Positions 1-13,526 of a DNA stretch of 64,000 nt are shown here, in pieces (within the stretch, counting starts at the first letter, position 1; the number at the start of each line of letters is the position of its first letter). The position numbers were made by a program, and so were the translations under genes. Under the pieces are notes generated by a model. It made no database searches. It worked only from the letters and a program-made list of their open reading frames with translations, and had not been told where the DNA came from. Source of the stretch: Takakia lepidozioides (Eukaryota > Plantae > Bryophyta); the NCBI GenBank assembly GCA_030704615.1, contig CM060733.1, positions 17,608,001 through 17,672,000 on the forward strand, given 5' to 3'.

Positions 1-176
1 CGTAAGGCAGGGAATAACACGTCATTTTGTTAACCATGTAATTTTCATTCCCAAAACAACTTGCAAAGCCAAGGCAATGGGTCTCAGTTCTGACTCCATT
101 CACATGACTGGATTGGTGAGTGTTCGATTGATCTAGCATCTCTGCAAACTAAGGAAAGGCTCGAGACAGAGTATAA

Positions 177-397
177 AGATGAAAGATGAAAGATGAAAAT
201 GATAATTTATAAGACGTGGATGAAGAGTAAATAATATGAGGAAGGACTCCAGAAGAAAGCTGTCTTAGAGTCACTCTAACAGTATGAGACAAACCATCAT
301 ATCCAGTGTAACAGTGACCAATTATTACAACTCCCCACTGAGTCCATCCTGACAAAGGGTGCAGGTGTAGTGTCAATTCACAGGAAGACTCAGCCAA
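177..397 (-). mobile_element. Possible short retroposed element with (TTTCATC)n tail
   Basis: GATGAAA repeats at about 178-198. The 3' end ACGTCTTATAAATTATCATTTTCAT resembles the family-B LINE end. Imperfect flanking repeat AGACAG(A/G)GT. Confidence 0.3.
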
Positions 398-445
398 GAC
401 AGGGTTTTAGCATTCAAGTCTACCAGACTTAACCACCAAAAGAGA

Positions 446-660
446 AATGAAATGAAATGAAATGAAATGGTACTTCATAACGTCCGCGGAAAGCTCAAAG
501 AGCTTATGCGACAAAATTGAAAGACAAGGGAGAGGAAACAAAGTCAGATCCAAAAAACAGCCCAAAAGCAACTACTGCTCAAGGGATTGTCCAAAAGACA
601 GAAAGAACCTTTACAACATCTTCTGGAAGCTCAAAGAGTTTATGGGACAAAGAAAGCAGA
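446..660 (-). mobile_element. Family-B LINE 3' fragments, two stacked ends
   Basis: (GAAAT)5 tail, then GGTACTTCATAACGTCCGCGGAAAGCTCAAAGAGCTTATG. Shares CAGCCCAAAAGCAACTACTGCTCAAGGGATTG with the 22511 copy. A second end motif starts near 610. Confidence 0.8.
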
Positions 661-728
661 ATACATGAGACAGGACTCTTCTCTACCTTGAAAGGTGAGA
701 AGCACTAGTAGATCAGTCAAGAATATAC

Positions 729-3700
729 CTTGGAAGAATCAAGGCCTAGACAGTCAGCAATATGACCTGAGTCAGTGCCTTCAATGGGTGCACACAGCCG
801 TGAAATCACTGGGTGTATCTGCAACCCGTTCCACCCTCCAGTCCATGAGAATATGACTACTGCTTTGGATCAGATTTGGTTGGATCTCAAGTGTTTTGTT
901 GTGACCTACCAGGTGTGCCTGGTTCATGATGTACACACAATTGACATGGCCCTACTTAATGTATGTCTCGTAGGGCTCTGCATTTTCAGGTAAATCATGT
1001 GCTTTCTTATGACTTCTCTTGTTAACCATTGCAGGCAATAGATTGCTAGAGGACATTTATGGTTTTAAAATGTTTTTATCTGGGAACTCAAACTCTCTCT
1101 GTAGAGGGTGAGTAGATGGTTTTGAGACTTTGTGATCTGTTCCTCTTTCTTTAATAAAGAAGTCGTACGTCAAAACAATGTACATCTGTACAGCCAATAA
1201 GTAGGGTCACTGTTAAATTTCAGTCTAGAAAATACAACCAGAGATTTTGGGTTCTGTACACTTGGGGCAAGTGTTCCCCATTGGTCGCCATATATGTCGA
1301 TCAATTTTTCGGATTATAATTTAGGATAGCATATTGATCATGCTTTTGCTAGCAATGTAAACTGGTGAAAAAGGACTTGCATGGTAAAATGGCCATGTGG
1401 CAAGTGCTACAAAACCTGGTCCTCACCTGGACTGCTGTTGCTTAGGCACTTTCTCAACACCAACCTAGAATAAACCTGGATATAAGCTAGTTCCTGCTAA
1501 AGTGCAATCCCCATCTGGGGCACTTTGGTATGGTGGTTGCAGATCAACTTTGGAAAAGAGAGCCAATGGTTGGGAGGATGACCTGCTGAGAAATGTAGTA
1601 GTCAATATCAACCAACAAGTTGCCACTGTTTTGATTTAGTTCATCAGGATGTCTAGCACGCTCAGCTAATGCCAAAGAGGGGGTCCCTGCGGAACCCTGA
1701 TCACATGAAAACAGATCACTAGGAGTTACAATGCAAATACTCCCACATGCATTGACTTAGAAGTGAGTTAGTATACAACAACTATTTTTCTCTTCGCATT
1801 GTAAATGCAAATGCCAGTAACTGATGGCACTCGAAGATGAGGAAGAAAAGGAGGTGTAATGCACCTGCTCGACACAAATGATGTAGGGAACAGTATCACC
1901 AGCACAGCAACCAATGCGATGCCCACTCAGTCGCCTCCTCAAAGCAACCTGGAATCTCCATAGGACGCCAAGAGAGCTTATGTGAGAAGACTTTAATGAA
2001 GTATTAACAGCGTGCACTGGGACTCCTACAGGGCTTTGAAGGACAAAAGAAAGGAAAGAGTTGAAATGATACTTTATGGCATCCGCGGAAAGCTCAAAGA
2101 GCTTATGGGACAAGAGAAAGCATGAAACAAGAAAAACAACTATTGCTTGAGGGTTTGTGTAAGAGTCAACACCCATGCGGATATGGAGCTAAGCAGTTCC
2201 GTGATGGAAGACATCTGTGAGAGATTGGGTATTCAGAATAGATAATAGAATCTCCCATGGATCCCATAGTAGAAAGAAAGAAATGAGCTTATGGAGTTTC
2301 AATATCATGGTTCTCAAGGACTTGGTAATTATCCAACAATGCTCAGAACAGGAGAACGAAATGAGATGAAATGACACTGTGACATCCCCGGAAAGCTCAA
2401 AGACCTTCCGGGACAGAAGAAAAAATTAAAAAGAAAAAGATTTATAACATCCATGGAAGCTCAGAGCGCCCATGGAAAGCAGTAAACAAGAAAGTGGGCC
2501 CACAACAAGCAGCCCAAAAACTCGGATTCACCATCAAGAGATTTCTAATCAGGAGAGCCTCATGCAGATAGGCCACCAGGCATTTCTCCACAAGCAACCC
2601 AAGAAGAGCTTTTTGTCCTGGGATTATCTAAGAGTCAATGCCTCATACAGATATGCAGCTATGCATTTTTGTGAGAGATTCAGTGTCTCGGAATATATAC
2701 TTCCCTAGAGCTCATGAAAAAAGTAGCAAACAAACAACCCAAAAGAAAGAGGCTAAGATCACTGTGCAAAGAGTACCTGGACATGAGGTTGGTTTTTTCC
2801 ATCAGGATAGTCCTCTGGAGGTTTAGTAAGGGTCTTGGTGATGATATACTTGTCTAGCTCTACTTGTCCGCCCCTCATCTCCTCTTGCAGCTGCAGTTGC
2901 ACCAAAAAAAAGCTTCTGAGCCAAGTGACACAGGGTTGCCAAAAGTTGAAATCATTGACAGTGCAGTAGCAACCATGCTTCACAAACAAACCATGAACAG
3001 CCAGAAGAAAAGGTCAGTAAGTCAAAATAATGCGCAATACACAGGACTGTTGCTCAATGGCAGAGTTCCCTACGGGTAGTGCCCAAGGTGCAGAGCATGG
3101 GGTTCACCTTCCGCAGTTGGGCATGAATGACCTCGACCACATCCTCCCGTGACCTGCATTGCACAGCAAGTAAAATAGATTTTGAGGGTTTCACTTTCAA
3201 ACTGTCGAATGACCAAAGCAAAGAAGAATGTGGACATGCGTTGATGGTAACATCCTTCTTGTCTTTATGTGTGGGTATTGGTGTAAGTGAAAGCACACCC
3301 GCCAGATAGGATCTGTTCAAGGCAAAAGTTGCCAATGTCTTTGGACAAAGAACTCCAGTCACGCCGCACAATGTCGAGTCCCTTTTGTTCTATGACCTGT
3401 CCCCTCCACCATTTCCACATGCTTTTGGTGAATATGAGTCTTCAGCATGTCAATCACACGCTAGACTCACAAGATATGTAAGTGTATTGAAGACTCCATA
3501 CATGAGACGCCCAGATGCTGACAGAGACTCACAACCAACCCAAACATAATGAGGGTATAGGTCCAGCCTGCAGGGAGGTTAAACAGTCATGGACACTGAG
3601 GTACTCATTTCATGCCATCTCAGGTCTGGTGGTCCACAGTGAATACCTCTCGGACAGTGCCATCAGCATTGCTTTGCACTTTGACAGCAGCATACTTCTT

Positions 3701-6700
3701 TTTCTTAAGCAAGAGCATGCGTTTGTAAATGCCATCCATGTCGATTTCCAGCAGTTTGTACTTCTTGTTCACCTGTACATTACATCACACATCAGTGCCT
3801 TACACAACTGAACAACAAGAGAAGTTCAGGCTAGCTGGCAGGTACAGATGGTAAGCTTCTGATGTGGTGAGAGAGCCAGGCACCCTACCTCCTTTATAAC
3901 TCTAGCACCTATGGTCCGAGCAGCTGCTAGGTCGTCAAGTCCTGTATGAATCATTATAGAATCTGTGTCGCCATAAATGACCTGTCCATCATGCTCCCAA
4001 GTTAATGCCCTAGATGCGACTTGCCAGGGAGATGTTGAATGTCAAAAACAGTTGAGATGCAGCATTGATTAAAACTTGTGAGCAATAGTCAAACAATTGA
4101 CTGCATTGTTATGTTGACGAATCACAGAACTTTCAACCAATGGGTTTGCAACACTCCTTGGCAGTAGACATTCTGATTTTGCATAACGAGCAACTTTTCT
4201 TTCACAAATTCATTGTTCAGGAAGATTGCTGACCTCCAGATTGAGGGTATTCTGGACCAGATCCACAGTGCTCTGTAGTATCTCTCGTCCCTACACACGC
4301 AACATGATATATAAAACTTCTCTGTAAAACAACACTCAGAGATGAAAATAATAACTGAAACAAGTTAACCACCACTAAAATTGTAGCAACACACTCACAA
4401 CCAGCCATCCATGCCAGAATTACCTGTGATGTGACAAGCTCTGCAATTGGCTTTGCATAGAAGCGAGAATTTGTGAAACCGAGACATCCATACATACTGC
4501 CACGCCCACCAGCATAAGTTTCCACCTCTCATCGACATGCATTAGGAGTTTTTCAGATATTGGACTCTTTTCACCTCCAGGGGAGAGGACTGGATTTCAG
4601 GGGTTTCACATAATGGACAGATTGGTCTGTAGAACAGCACTCCACTGAATGACAAACAGAATTTTAATGCCTGCACTTCCTCTGCAGTTGTAATTAGAAA
4701 ATAACTCAAATGCTCCAAGACCTGTTGGCAGTGAGCTTGAGAGCCTGTTGTTGGATGTCAAGCTGCTGGTATTTCAAGATGTCGGAGGTGCGCTTAAGCC
4801 AACCTTTGACCTGCTTCCTCCTCTCCACCAGGCCCTTCAACACCTGCTCCGCATTTCCTGTTCCTTGTATCAGGACCAATGCACATCCTACAAGCCAGCT
4901 TTCCCCTTTGGCATTTTCTATCGTGAAAAACTGGGAGAATTATTGCCAGAGAGGGTTGGCTGACAGGAAGGAAGGGAACAGTGCCATCAGGTGGTTGGGA
5001 AGGACGGGTACCTGCGGGAGGACACCAGGAGTTTCGATGGTAGGCAGGGGAGGAATGGAGCCATCAGAAGGCCGGTCCACTGTTGTGAAACACACATTGT
5101 ATTCCTGCCATAGGAGCACAGCCACGAGATCACACTCTGTTCATCCCTGTTATCGTACACCAGCAAGTTGGAAAAAGAGCTTGGAAAAGAGGCATTGCAG
5201 GAGATCTATCAAGACAAATGTCGACCTGGCAATATCACGAAAAATATGTCAGATTTCAGCATCTGAAAAGGCTAATCGCACTAGCTCCAACAGGTTGTAT
5301 TCCTCTAACAGGCTGGCAGGAGATAAGAGGTTTCTCAGACAGCCTCCGCAACTTCAATAAAAGTCACTATCTAATCAACACCTCTGCAAGCCCACACCTT
5401 AGCTTCTTCGTGGAAGTAGGTTGTCTCATGTATGGCATGAGCGTCCTTCAGCATTATCACTTCAAGGTGATTTTTGAATAGCTGAATGAGCGAACTCATT
5501 CAGGACTGCCAGCGGTAACATACCTGAATTATGGAAGGGTAAAGGCTGTTGAAATCGAGGAGCAGGATAAATTTGTCATAGAGACCCTTTTTCGGTTCCA
5601 ACACCAAACCTCCGAGATAGGCAGGCCCCTTCCTGCGCTGCTTGCCAGGCACATTACTTGCAACAACTTCAGCACCTTCATCCTCCTCACCCTCGTCTCC
5701 CACTTGTGTCTGTGCGGTTGTCTTGCGCTTGCTCGTCTGACTTTCCTTCTCGCGAAGGGAGAGCTTGTCCGGCACAATAAACTTGCGTGCATTAAATTCA
5801 TGAAGCAGCAGATACTCCACCCTCTGTGCCCTTGCACCCTGCATCCATCACATCCATCCTCTTTTTAATACAGAGATATACTAGCATACTCCTACCTCTT
5901 ACACAACCTGTCAACATATATGCTGTTGAGACTTTCAGGTTTACTGATGGAACATGAATTTTGAGTCACCTGAAGAGTTCTAGTCCACAGGTTGCCGCTA
6001 ATGTTGGTAAGTTGTCGAGTCAATGGCAACACACTCAGATGGAACATCAACCCCAACGCCAGCCACGCATCTGTCTCTCCAGACTGAATCTGCATCATGC
6101 ACAGAAGTCATCATAAACCTATATGGATGTCTAAGAACTCAAAGAAATTACATAGAGATGAAATGAGATGGTGCATCACACACAGAATGGAAGAGGTTAA
6201 ATGAGTGAAGGGAAAAGGGACAAAAGTAGAACAGAAAGAAAAAGGGAAGGAACGAACTTTAGAACTTTCACAGCAAGCCCAGAGGCAGATAATGTACTCA
6301 CGAGACATTGCTTGGGAGAGAGCCTTGTGCCCCTATAGCGTGAGCTAATATCCTAAAAAAGACGCAAACGGGGGCTTGAGGAAAGATCAGAGCCACCGTG
6401 GTCATTCAGTAGTGAGAACAAAGGAGGATCTAGAGAAAAAGTTGATCGAGGCATTTTAGATTATTAGTGTGATCTGGGTTGACCCAAGGCAGGTCACAGG
6501 TTTGGGTTATTTCTTGGCCTCCCCCACTGAGAGGTGTATGATGTTTTTGAAGTGAGCCTCTATTTCCGAACACTGTACAGTGCTTCAGAAGGTATGCACT
6601 GTCCTCACCATCATGCCCCCATATTGAGGGGCCAAAGGAAAAAGAAAGCTTTGGAAAGCTCCACAGGTGGCCCTGAGGTCCATTAGACAAAATAGAACCA

Positions 6701-9700
6701 CAAGAAACCACGAGAGAGAGAGGAACACAAACCAGCTCCAAGAGGGACACAGAGGTCTGGTACATGCCCGGGATCTCAGAGGGTACCAACTCCTTTCTTT
6801 CTCGACCCAGCTGACTCTTTGATAGCTGTGTTAAAGTGTAGCTTACCTGCATTTCCCACAAGCCAAAATGTAGTACACCACTATTCCAGGAATCATTGAT
6901 CTTAATTTATATACCTTTACGGCGCACACAGGACACCGATGTGGCTCTCGTAAAAATAAAAGTAGGGATCACCTACTTCATCATGTTCAGTTGCATGGAG
7001 TTTGGGCTATCTTTAAATAACTATATTGTACAATCTGCAGAAATGATGCACTGAAGGGATTGTCACATCATAACTGTACACCCTGAGAGAATCCAGCCTG
7101 GAAGACCAAACTGTGCTACTTCCTGCGGCTGCTGAAGTCTAAGCAGCATCAATGTGACATAAGGCAAATGTAAAATTTCCCACCTTGCACCCCTCCAAGT
7201 TCATCTCACTCTGCCAATCTTGAGAAACAAAGAACTTAATGATATGACAGTCTTTGCTTCTGAATACACAACTTTTCAGCAAGAGAATGTGGTTTAACAG
7301 TTGCGTTTGAATCACCTCTCTGAGGAGCTCACGGGACGACAAGTAAGTATCACAGAGCAGGCGACCAGCAATGCAAGTCATGGCACCTGGACCAGCACCA
7401 GCACCGAATGTGGCACCACCACCTGTGAGCCTTGGCATTTGTGAGCGTTTCAGCCTCCCAACTTTCGACCACATGTTGCTTGGAACTTTACAGGCCTGCC
7501 CACAATACGCTCGAGTTAGCCCCTGCAAGAATCACCATGTCTGATCCGATCCCTGCATATTGATAGACCCAACTCTGCTTCACATTCTTGTCTGGCTCTA
7601 TTCCTATTCCTATACAGGGCAAACTCAGATCAATTGTCTATTTCAAGGTTAGTCATACTACTGGCGTCGGCCTCTGATAAAAGGTATTTTCTGTCCCTTT
7701 GTGTTCCGCTCAAACTTGGCGCGGGGTCAATGGCCACAAGGCTACGGCAAACGACGTCTTATGAGTAGATTCCTATAAAGGGCAAAGGTTTGCTATGTCC
7801 TCTCACTCCTCCAATCTGTGAAATCTATCCTTGGGTCTGCTCTAACATTCCCTCTATTGCTCTCCCTGTTTCTTGTACCTGTCACAACAAACCAAGCAAA
7901 CACATGAACAGTTTGTAAGAATAATGGCATGATGGACAAGATTACCTGCAGTCGGTGAAGGAGTACGTCAAGATCAAAGCCTGAAATATTGTGGCCCACC
8001 AGGACATCAGGGTCAAGCTGATGCAGCTTGATCATGAGATGATTCAACAGTGCTCTCTCACTGCAACCCTTCATCCCCCCACATTAACAACTTCTTCCTC
8101 TACCCTTGACAGCCAGCTTTCAATTCTCCCTTTCAGAGGATACAAGCTAAGTTAGAAACATCACAGGATTCTGTCTTTCAGACCTTCAAATAACTTTCCT
8201 ACAGTTGAAGGCCTGCTTCTCTACTAACAACCAGTAAAGATATGATACTTGTGTATGGCAGGCAACCAGACCTGCTTTCGGAGCTAAGAATGGTGGAGCC
8301 AGCTTTATTGTTGATCTGCGTAACTTCAGATGTGAAGCCCATGGGAAAAGTACCACCATCCAATTTGCGCACTATACTGAAGTGGCTCAGCATCTCAGAT
8401 TTGTTCCACTCTGCCTGCAGCATTGGTGCGTCCACCTATCCATGCCCCAAATCCATTCTCTGAAACCTTTTCAACATCATTTCCTCTCTCTCATAGCACC
8501 GTGAATACATAATTGAGGTAATATAATTTGATTGGAAGAATGGTCAGGTTCCTCAGATTTGATCACACCATGTTTACCGTGATAATCGCAAATGATATCA
8601 GATCCCTTCCTGAGTTGTACAGGTCAGGCATGTGCCTCTCTTGGGGCATCAACCTCAACAAAGTACAATAGAAAAAAGTCCACAGGCTGAATGGTCATCA
8701 AACAACAACAAACAACAGCAGTGAGGGATCAAGACCTTGACGTGCCGGCAATAGACGACAGATGCAGAAGCAACTTCATTGACATTATGCTTGTGATTGA
8801 TGACTGTCTTTAGATTGAGGGCAGCCACCACGAGTGGAGGTATTTCTAGGCGCACCTTTCCTGGGGCAGCCACCACCAGGTCTTTCACACATCCCACATT
8901 CACCTCCATCTTACACCAGCTTATCTGTTCCCATCCTCTTGAATTAGCATCCCGTTTTTCAAAATGCCCTCATTTTCTTCACATGTGCAAATGAGGACTT
9001 AAAGCCTGTGATGCTGTTCTAAAGTATCTCACATTTTTAGCTCAGAAGCATTGCATCTACCTGCATCACTGCCACTCCCATTACTGTTCTATTCCCAACC
9101 ACCCCGCACCTCTGTTCACCAACTTTGAAAATCTTGAGGCTGAGCCTAAAGCCCTGGCCCTGTTGGGGCCTAATTGCTGGGGAGCTCACACACAACAAGT
9201 TGATGCTGGTGTGAAGGGCTGTCTAGAGGATATCAGGAAAATGCGAACTAATTGTCTCTATGAAAGTAAGTCACACTACCGGAGTGAGCCCCTCACAAAG
9301 GTAGTATCTGTTCCCTTTAGTTCCTCCCAAACTGGGCGCGGGGTCTATGGCCACAAGCCTACTGCAAACAACCTCTTTTGAGTGCATTCTATTGCCACCA
9401 AGACCGGCCCTTACATCTAGGAATAGTCTGTATATGAAAATGAACACCCAATAGTGCTTAAGCCTTTCCAATTCCAAACCTGGGAAGAACTGGCACAGCG
9501 GGAAGGGTTGGCTATGGAGAGCCAACAAGGCCCTTTAATTTTCTTCTTGATCAACAGAAGCTCGAGCGCACTGCAAATTCACACAGCAGCCACAAACCAA
9601 AGTAATGACACATTCAGCACCCCATTGATTTGTACCACTTTGACAGTGGTGGAGAGTGGGTGGTGAAAGATACTGCAGAAATTGGAACCACTATTCTAGT

Positions 9701-12700
9701 GGTTGCTCATGAGTGGTTGCCTACACAACAGTGATTGGTTCTTTTTGGAGGCATGTAGAGCAGATCAGGGGGTTTCATGAGTGTTGTTCAAATTTCTTTT
9801 CCATCGATAGCGATATGAAGTTGGCATGCAAAATAGGAGGTAGGATGTCTAAGGCCTAGTAGCACAGGTGCATGCAACATGAAAAAGGAAATATAAGAGT
9901 ACCTCGTGTGCGTACCAAAGAGCCCATCAAAGTGCCGTCCCTTAAGGTCAGCAGGGAGAGGTGGGTCCTGCAACAAATACGAGTTCTAATGTCACACCCA
10001 CTGTATCACTCCTATCTTTGTTATCTGTTCCACTCGCACCCTTGCCTTGGCTCTTTTCTATGAAGTTTACAATTGCTTGCTTAGGTGGAGAACCAGGGGT
10101 ATCTAATCCCGGCACAATCCAGGTTGATGGGCAATGACTTCAAAGAGATAACAACAAAAGGAATGGTGGAGCAAGCACCTTGAATGGGTAGCTTAGCTTC
10201 ATAAAGTAGTGCTCGCCTACCGCCACTTCTGACCTCTCAAAAGCATATGATCTCTGTTACAGCCAATAACAGCAAGTATTCATCCGAAGTTATTCAGCTC
10301 GCCCAGTTGGACGCACCAGGATGGAAATACAAATGGAGCATGCAATCCAGGAGGGATGGAAGGTTACCTTAACAGGAAGCATACTGAATTTCACCACATC
10401 TAAGTCCATTAGCTTCTGCGCCAGCTCCTGCTTTAATCCTGTTGCTAGCTCCTGCGATTCCAACAGACAGTAAAGCTGCACAATCAGATAAGCATCCAAG
10501 GTACAGTGCTCTTGTTCACTGGGGTGAACAGCTTGAAACATTTTGTTTGGGTCTATATCAAAAGTAGCCTCACTTCTAAATACAGAATGAGGGGGTGTGA
10601 CGCTGTAATATCTCGGCCTGGCAGCTGAAGAAATTGAGGTCTACTTCAAGCACGCCTGCTATATAGCAGGGTGGGGAGAGGCAAAACCTGTAGCTTTGCT
10701 TTCAAAGCTGACTTCTCAGTTGGACCACCTGAGCCAGTTGCTTGCTCAAGCTCTGCCAGATCATGAACTGGAAAGACGGAAGGAGCTGCAACAACAAAAA
10801 CACGTCGCTGCATGTTGCGCACCACCACACAGCAGCTCTCGTATTTTCCACCAGTGGCCACCTGCACCCTCCCCTCCCAACCAGTTAGAATTTTGACTTG
10901 GAAATGACAGAACCCCCTCAACCCTGCTGTTGTGCTTTTCTAGCCTGACTACTCTTCATTGGTGTGCACACTCAAGACACATTTCAATTTCTGGTACTTA
11001 GGAGAAGGTTGCCAGGTGGAAAGAGTGGATCGACATTAGGACCTAACAGACTTATAAACTCTGAAAGACAGTAGAAGGATGTAGAACCAGAAATATAAGT
11101 ACAAGTAGATTACAGAATGACCCATAAAATAGTGAAAGACAACCACTCAGAGAAGGATAGATGAGACAGGCACCTTCCCAAACATGTAAATGGTGCCGGG
11201 ATTGGCCCCAAATGCTTCTTCATGGGCATCAATGAAGAAGAATGGGAGTCTGCCATCATTGTCCAGTGGCAACACATTTCCATCGCGCACAACCCCATCC
11301 TCCAGTCCTCCTTCTCTCTTCCCTTCTTCCAGCATCCGGTTCGCCGTAACCCCTTTGCTAATTGCCTGCCAAGCTGCTGTTGCCTCCTGTCCAGTGCTGG
11401 GCATTGGTGTGATTTTTGCATTCAGAGCCATAGGGGGGGCTTCCTCCTTTTCCAGTTTCACAACCGAATCATTGCCAAGGGAACTCTCAAGTGTTGGCAG
11501 TTCCTCTTTCACTGCTTTCTCCTGTTCAAAGGCGCCCAGACTGGCAACATGCTCTTCTGGCCTCTCAATTAAAGCAGCATCACTATCAGCTTCTAAATGG
11601 GTTGATTCATCACATGGGTAATTTTGGGGTGTGTCCTGAGCTGAATTCTTCAACCTCAGTATGGATTTCTCCTGAAACCCAAGCCCCAAACAGAGGTCTT
11701 TAGTCACTGGCTATAAGTACTTCCTGGGATCTGATAACTCAATTTGCCAATGGTCAACTTTGAATTCGTGAAAGACAGCCATTAAACATAGGATACAGCC
11801 GTCCAGCATGAGTAAAATGCAAGCGTACATTCAGTCCATTTTTTAATACTGTCCAGACAATGAAGAGAGCTGGCAGTATCCCAAGGTGGATCTAGATTAG
11901 AGAGCTATGTCAACCACACTCATTTTAAATCCTTTCTCGGGCGCACCTGCGCGGATCTCCCCACCACACTGTCAGATGGTGGCATCTCTTGCACTGGTCG
12001 GAAGACTGCCTGCTGCATGCCGGTACATGTGTTGGCAGGGATGCGCACACCTACCCACCATCAACCCACAACTAAGAGATGATTTTGATCCTTGAGCAAG
12101 ATCACTAAGGGCTCCCATCGTGTTCTCACCTGAAAGTACACACATCAAATTACAGTCCCTGAACCAATAGAGCAACTACTGAATGTAACAAAGGTCCAAC
12201 AACACCAGCTACTGATGGAAAGAACGCAGCTAATGGCAGCCAGGGAAGAGCATACCAAGATACACAGTGGTCGTGAACCTGAATTAATTGTTGCTAAAAC
12301 AATACCCTCCCAGGCACACAGAACAGGGATTGAGACCTACCTGCCCGTCTGCGACGCTTTTCTCGCTCGCGATCAACATCATCGGCAGTTATATCGGCCA
12401 GAACATTGTCCAGGATGCTCTCAGGGTTGACCCCACTTTTGTCATCCCGAATGCGCCTTCCTAGAGAAGGGATGCCGGAAGCAGAAGTGAACATTTTTGA
12501 CACGCGCTGCCTCCCCATGAGCGCCGCTGCAGCTGATAGCGCTGCAGCTTTCCTACTAGGCGGATCCTTTTTCGCATCTGCCGCATTGTGCAAGAATAAC
12601 GAAGAATCAATGCAATGTCGGGCTGCCCAATCCCATGAACTAATACAGATCACAGTAGACTCCCCACTTTACTAGTAGGTAGCTTCCACATTGTTCTCCA

Positions 12701-13143
12701 AAAGGCCCAACCCTCCTCACTCCCTACTCTCTCTGCACTCTGCACCCAGTCTCAATAAAAAATGAACCCTCTATCGGAAGCTTACCAGTTCCATCTGGAT
12801 TCTTTTTCTTGCGCTTCCCGGATCCATCACCGTCATCGTCGGAATCGTCAAGAAAGTGGTTGACATCCCACTCTTCCTCCTCCCCAACGTCAGCATATCC
12901 CAAGCCATCATCCGCCACTACAAATTTACTGGAATTCTCGCGGCGCTTGGCCACCAGGACGGCGTAGTCCGCTTCAGAGACAGTATCATATATTTTATCT
13001 TCCAGCTTCAGCTGAAAAGCATCTATCCGGCGACCCCCTTGCTGCTTCAGATTCCGTAACTCGGTCAGCGCTGCGGCCCTCGCTGAAGCTTCCGGGGCAA
13101 TGGTCCTTCTCCTGCTCCCATCACTCCCATCGCCGCTTGCCAT
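729..13143 (-). CDS. POLA1: DNA polymerase alpha catalytic subunit (family B), 28 exons visible, 3' end (C-terminal zinc-finger region) beyond the left edge
   Basis: Exons join in phase with GT-AG sites: 13143-12786, 12577-12341, 12050-11947, 11671-11174, 10861-10688, 10451-10368, 10253-10179, 9967-9903, 9570-9480, 8924-8736, 8414-8272, 8060-7946, 7495-7316, 6846-6733, 6089-5970, 5838-5524, 5104-5012, 4843-4722, 4496-4424, 4290-4234, 3981-3889, 3772-3647, 3396-3299, 3153-3108, 2890-2777, 1948-1865, 1696-1583, 818-729. PolB motifs [34 protein letters not shown] and [10 protein letters not shown]; Pol-alpha N-terminal IYDTV...DDGLGY. Confidence 0.97.
2060..2720 (-). mobile_element. Family-B LINE 3' fragments, three stacked ends
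   Basis: End motif ...GGAAAGCTCAAAGAGCTTATGGGACAA or variants at about 2063, 2358 and 2440. Degenerate coding remnant ([10 protein letters not shown]; TGTGAGAGATT) shared with the 22511 copy. Confidence 0.75.
6155..6620 (-). mobile_element. Highly degenerate family-B-like LINE 3' fragment
   Basis: GATGAAATGAGATGG tail-like start, GGGACAAAAG, and patchy similarity to the 3' region of the 22511 copy. Confidence 0.3.
7624..7768 (+). mobile_element. 5'-truncated copy of family-A (RTEX-like) LINE
   Basis: Matches the last about 140 nt of the 26994-30411 LINE (GGCGCGGGGTCAATGGCCACAAGGCTACGGCAAAC...TTATGAGT). 18-bp TSD ATTCCTATA(C/A)AGGGCAAA at 7606-7623 and 7769-7786. Confidence 0.9.
9098..9386 (+). 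mobile_element. 5'-truncated copy of family-A (RTEX-like) LINE
   Basis: ORF 9163-9381 ([16 protein letters not shown]...[17 protein letters not shown]) is homologous to the C-terminus of ORF 27000-28184. Imperfect TSD TTCTATT(C/G)CCA at 9087-9097 and 9387-9397. Confidence 0.88.
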
Positions 13144-13420
13144 GCCACTCTTTACTAAACCAATCCCTTTCAACCTTTCCGCGATACCCAGTGGCCCATG
13201 GGTTGAGTCCAGCAAGCAAGCAAGCAGCAGAAAACGACCTTGCAAACTGCTGTCGGGTGAATGGACTCTGTCTTCGAAAACCTCCACAGACACACGAGAG
13301 AGGTAATCGTCAATGTTGCCTGCTTCTACACAACACAGATCGATAGCAGCTCAGCTCAAGAACAATCCGTCACAAGAGAGCTCAGAACTGCAACGTCTGC
13401 CAGGGCGAGCCTCAGAGAGA

Positions 13421-13465
13421 TTTTGGCGCGAAAGCAGAGCACGAAGAATGGAGGGAAATTCCCGC
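13421..13465. promoter_or_regulatory. E2F sites upstream of POLA1
   Basis: TTTTGGCGCGAAA (13421-13433) contains TTTGGCGC on + and TTTCGCGC on -. ATTCCCGC at 13458-13465. These lie about 280-320 bp upstream of the ATG, and E2F control of replication genes is established. Confidence 0.75.
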
Positions 13466-13526
13466 GCAACTTCGCGTAATTCATCCACATGTGGGTTTTC
13501 AATCCATCCGCATTATCACTAGAAAC

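Noticed and set aside
4710-5360. 216-aa plus-strand ORF
   Set aside because: It is antisense to POLA1 exons and introns and has no recognisable domain.
10092-10109. 18-mer whose reverse complement GGATTAGATACCCCTGGT resembles a conserved 16S rRNA motif
   Set aside because: No flanking rRNA similarity is visible, and it is too short to call an organellar insertion.
13144-13293. N-terminal extension of POLA1 from the upstream non-ATG start in the ORF track
   Set aside because: The start is not ATG and the extension has no recognisable similarity. The ATG at 13143 has a good context (GGCATGG).
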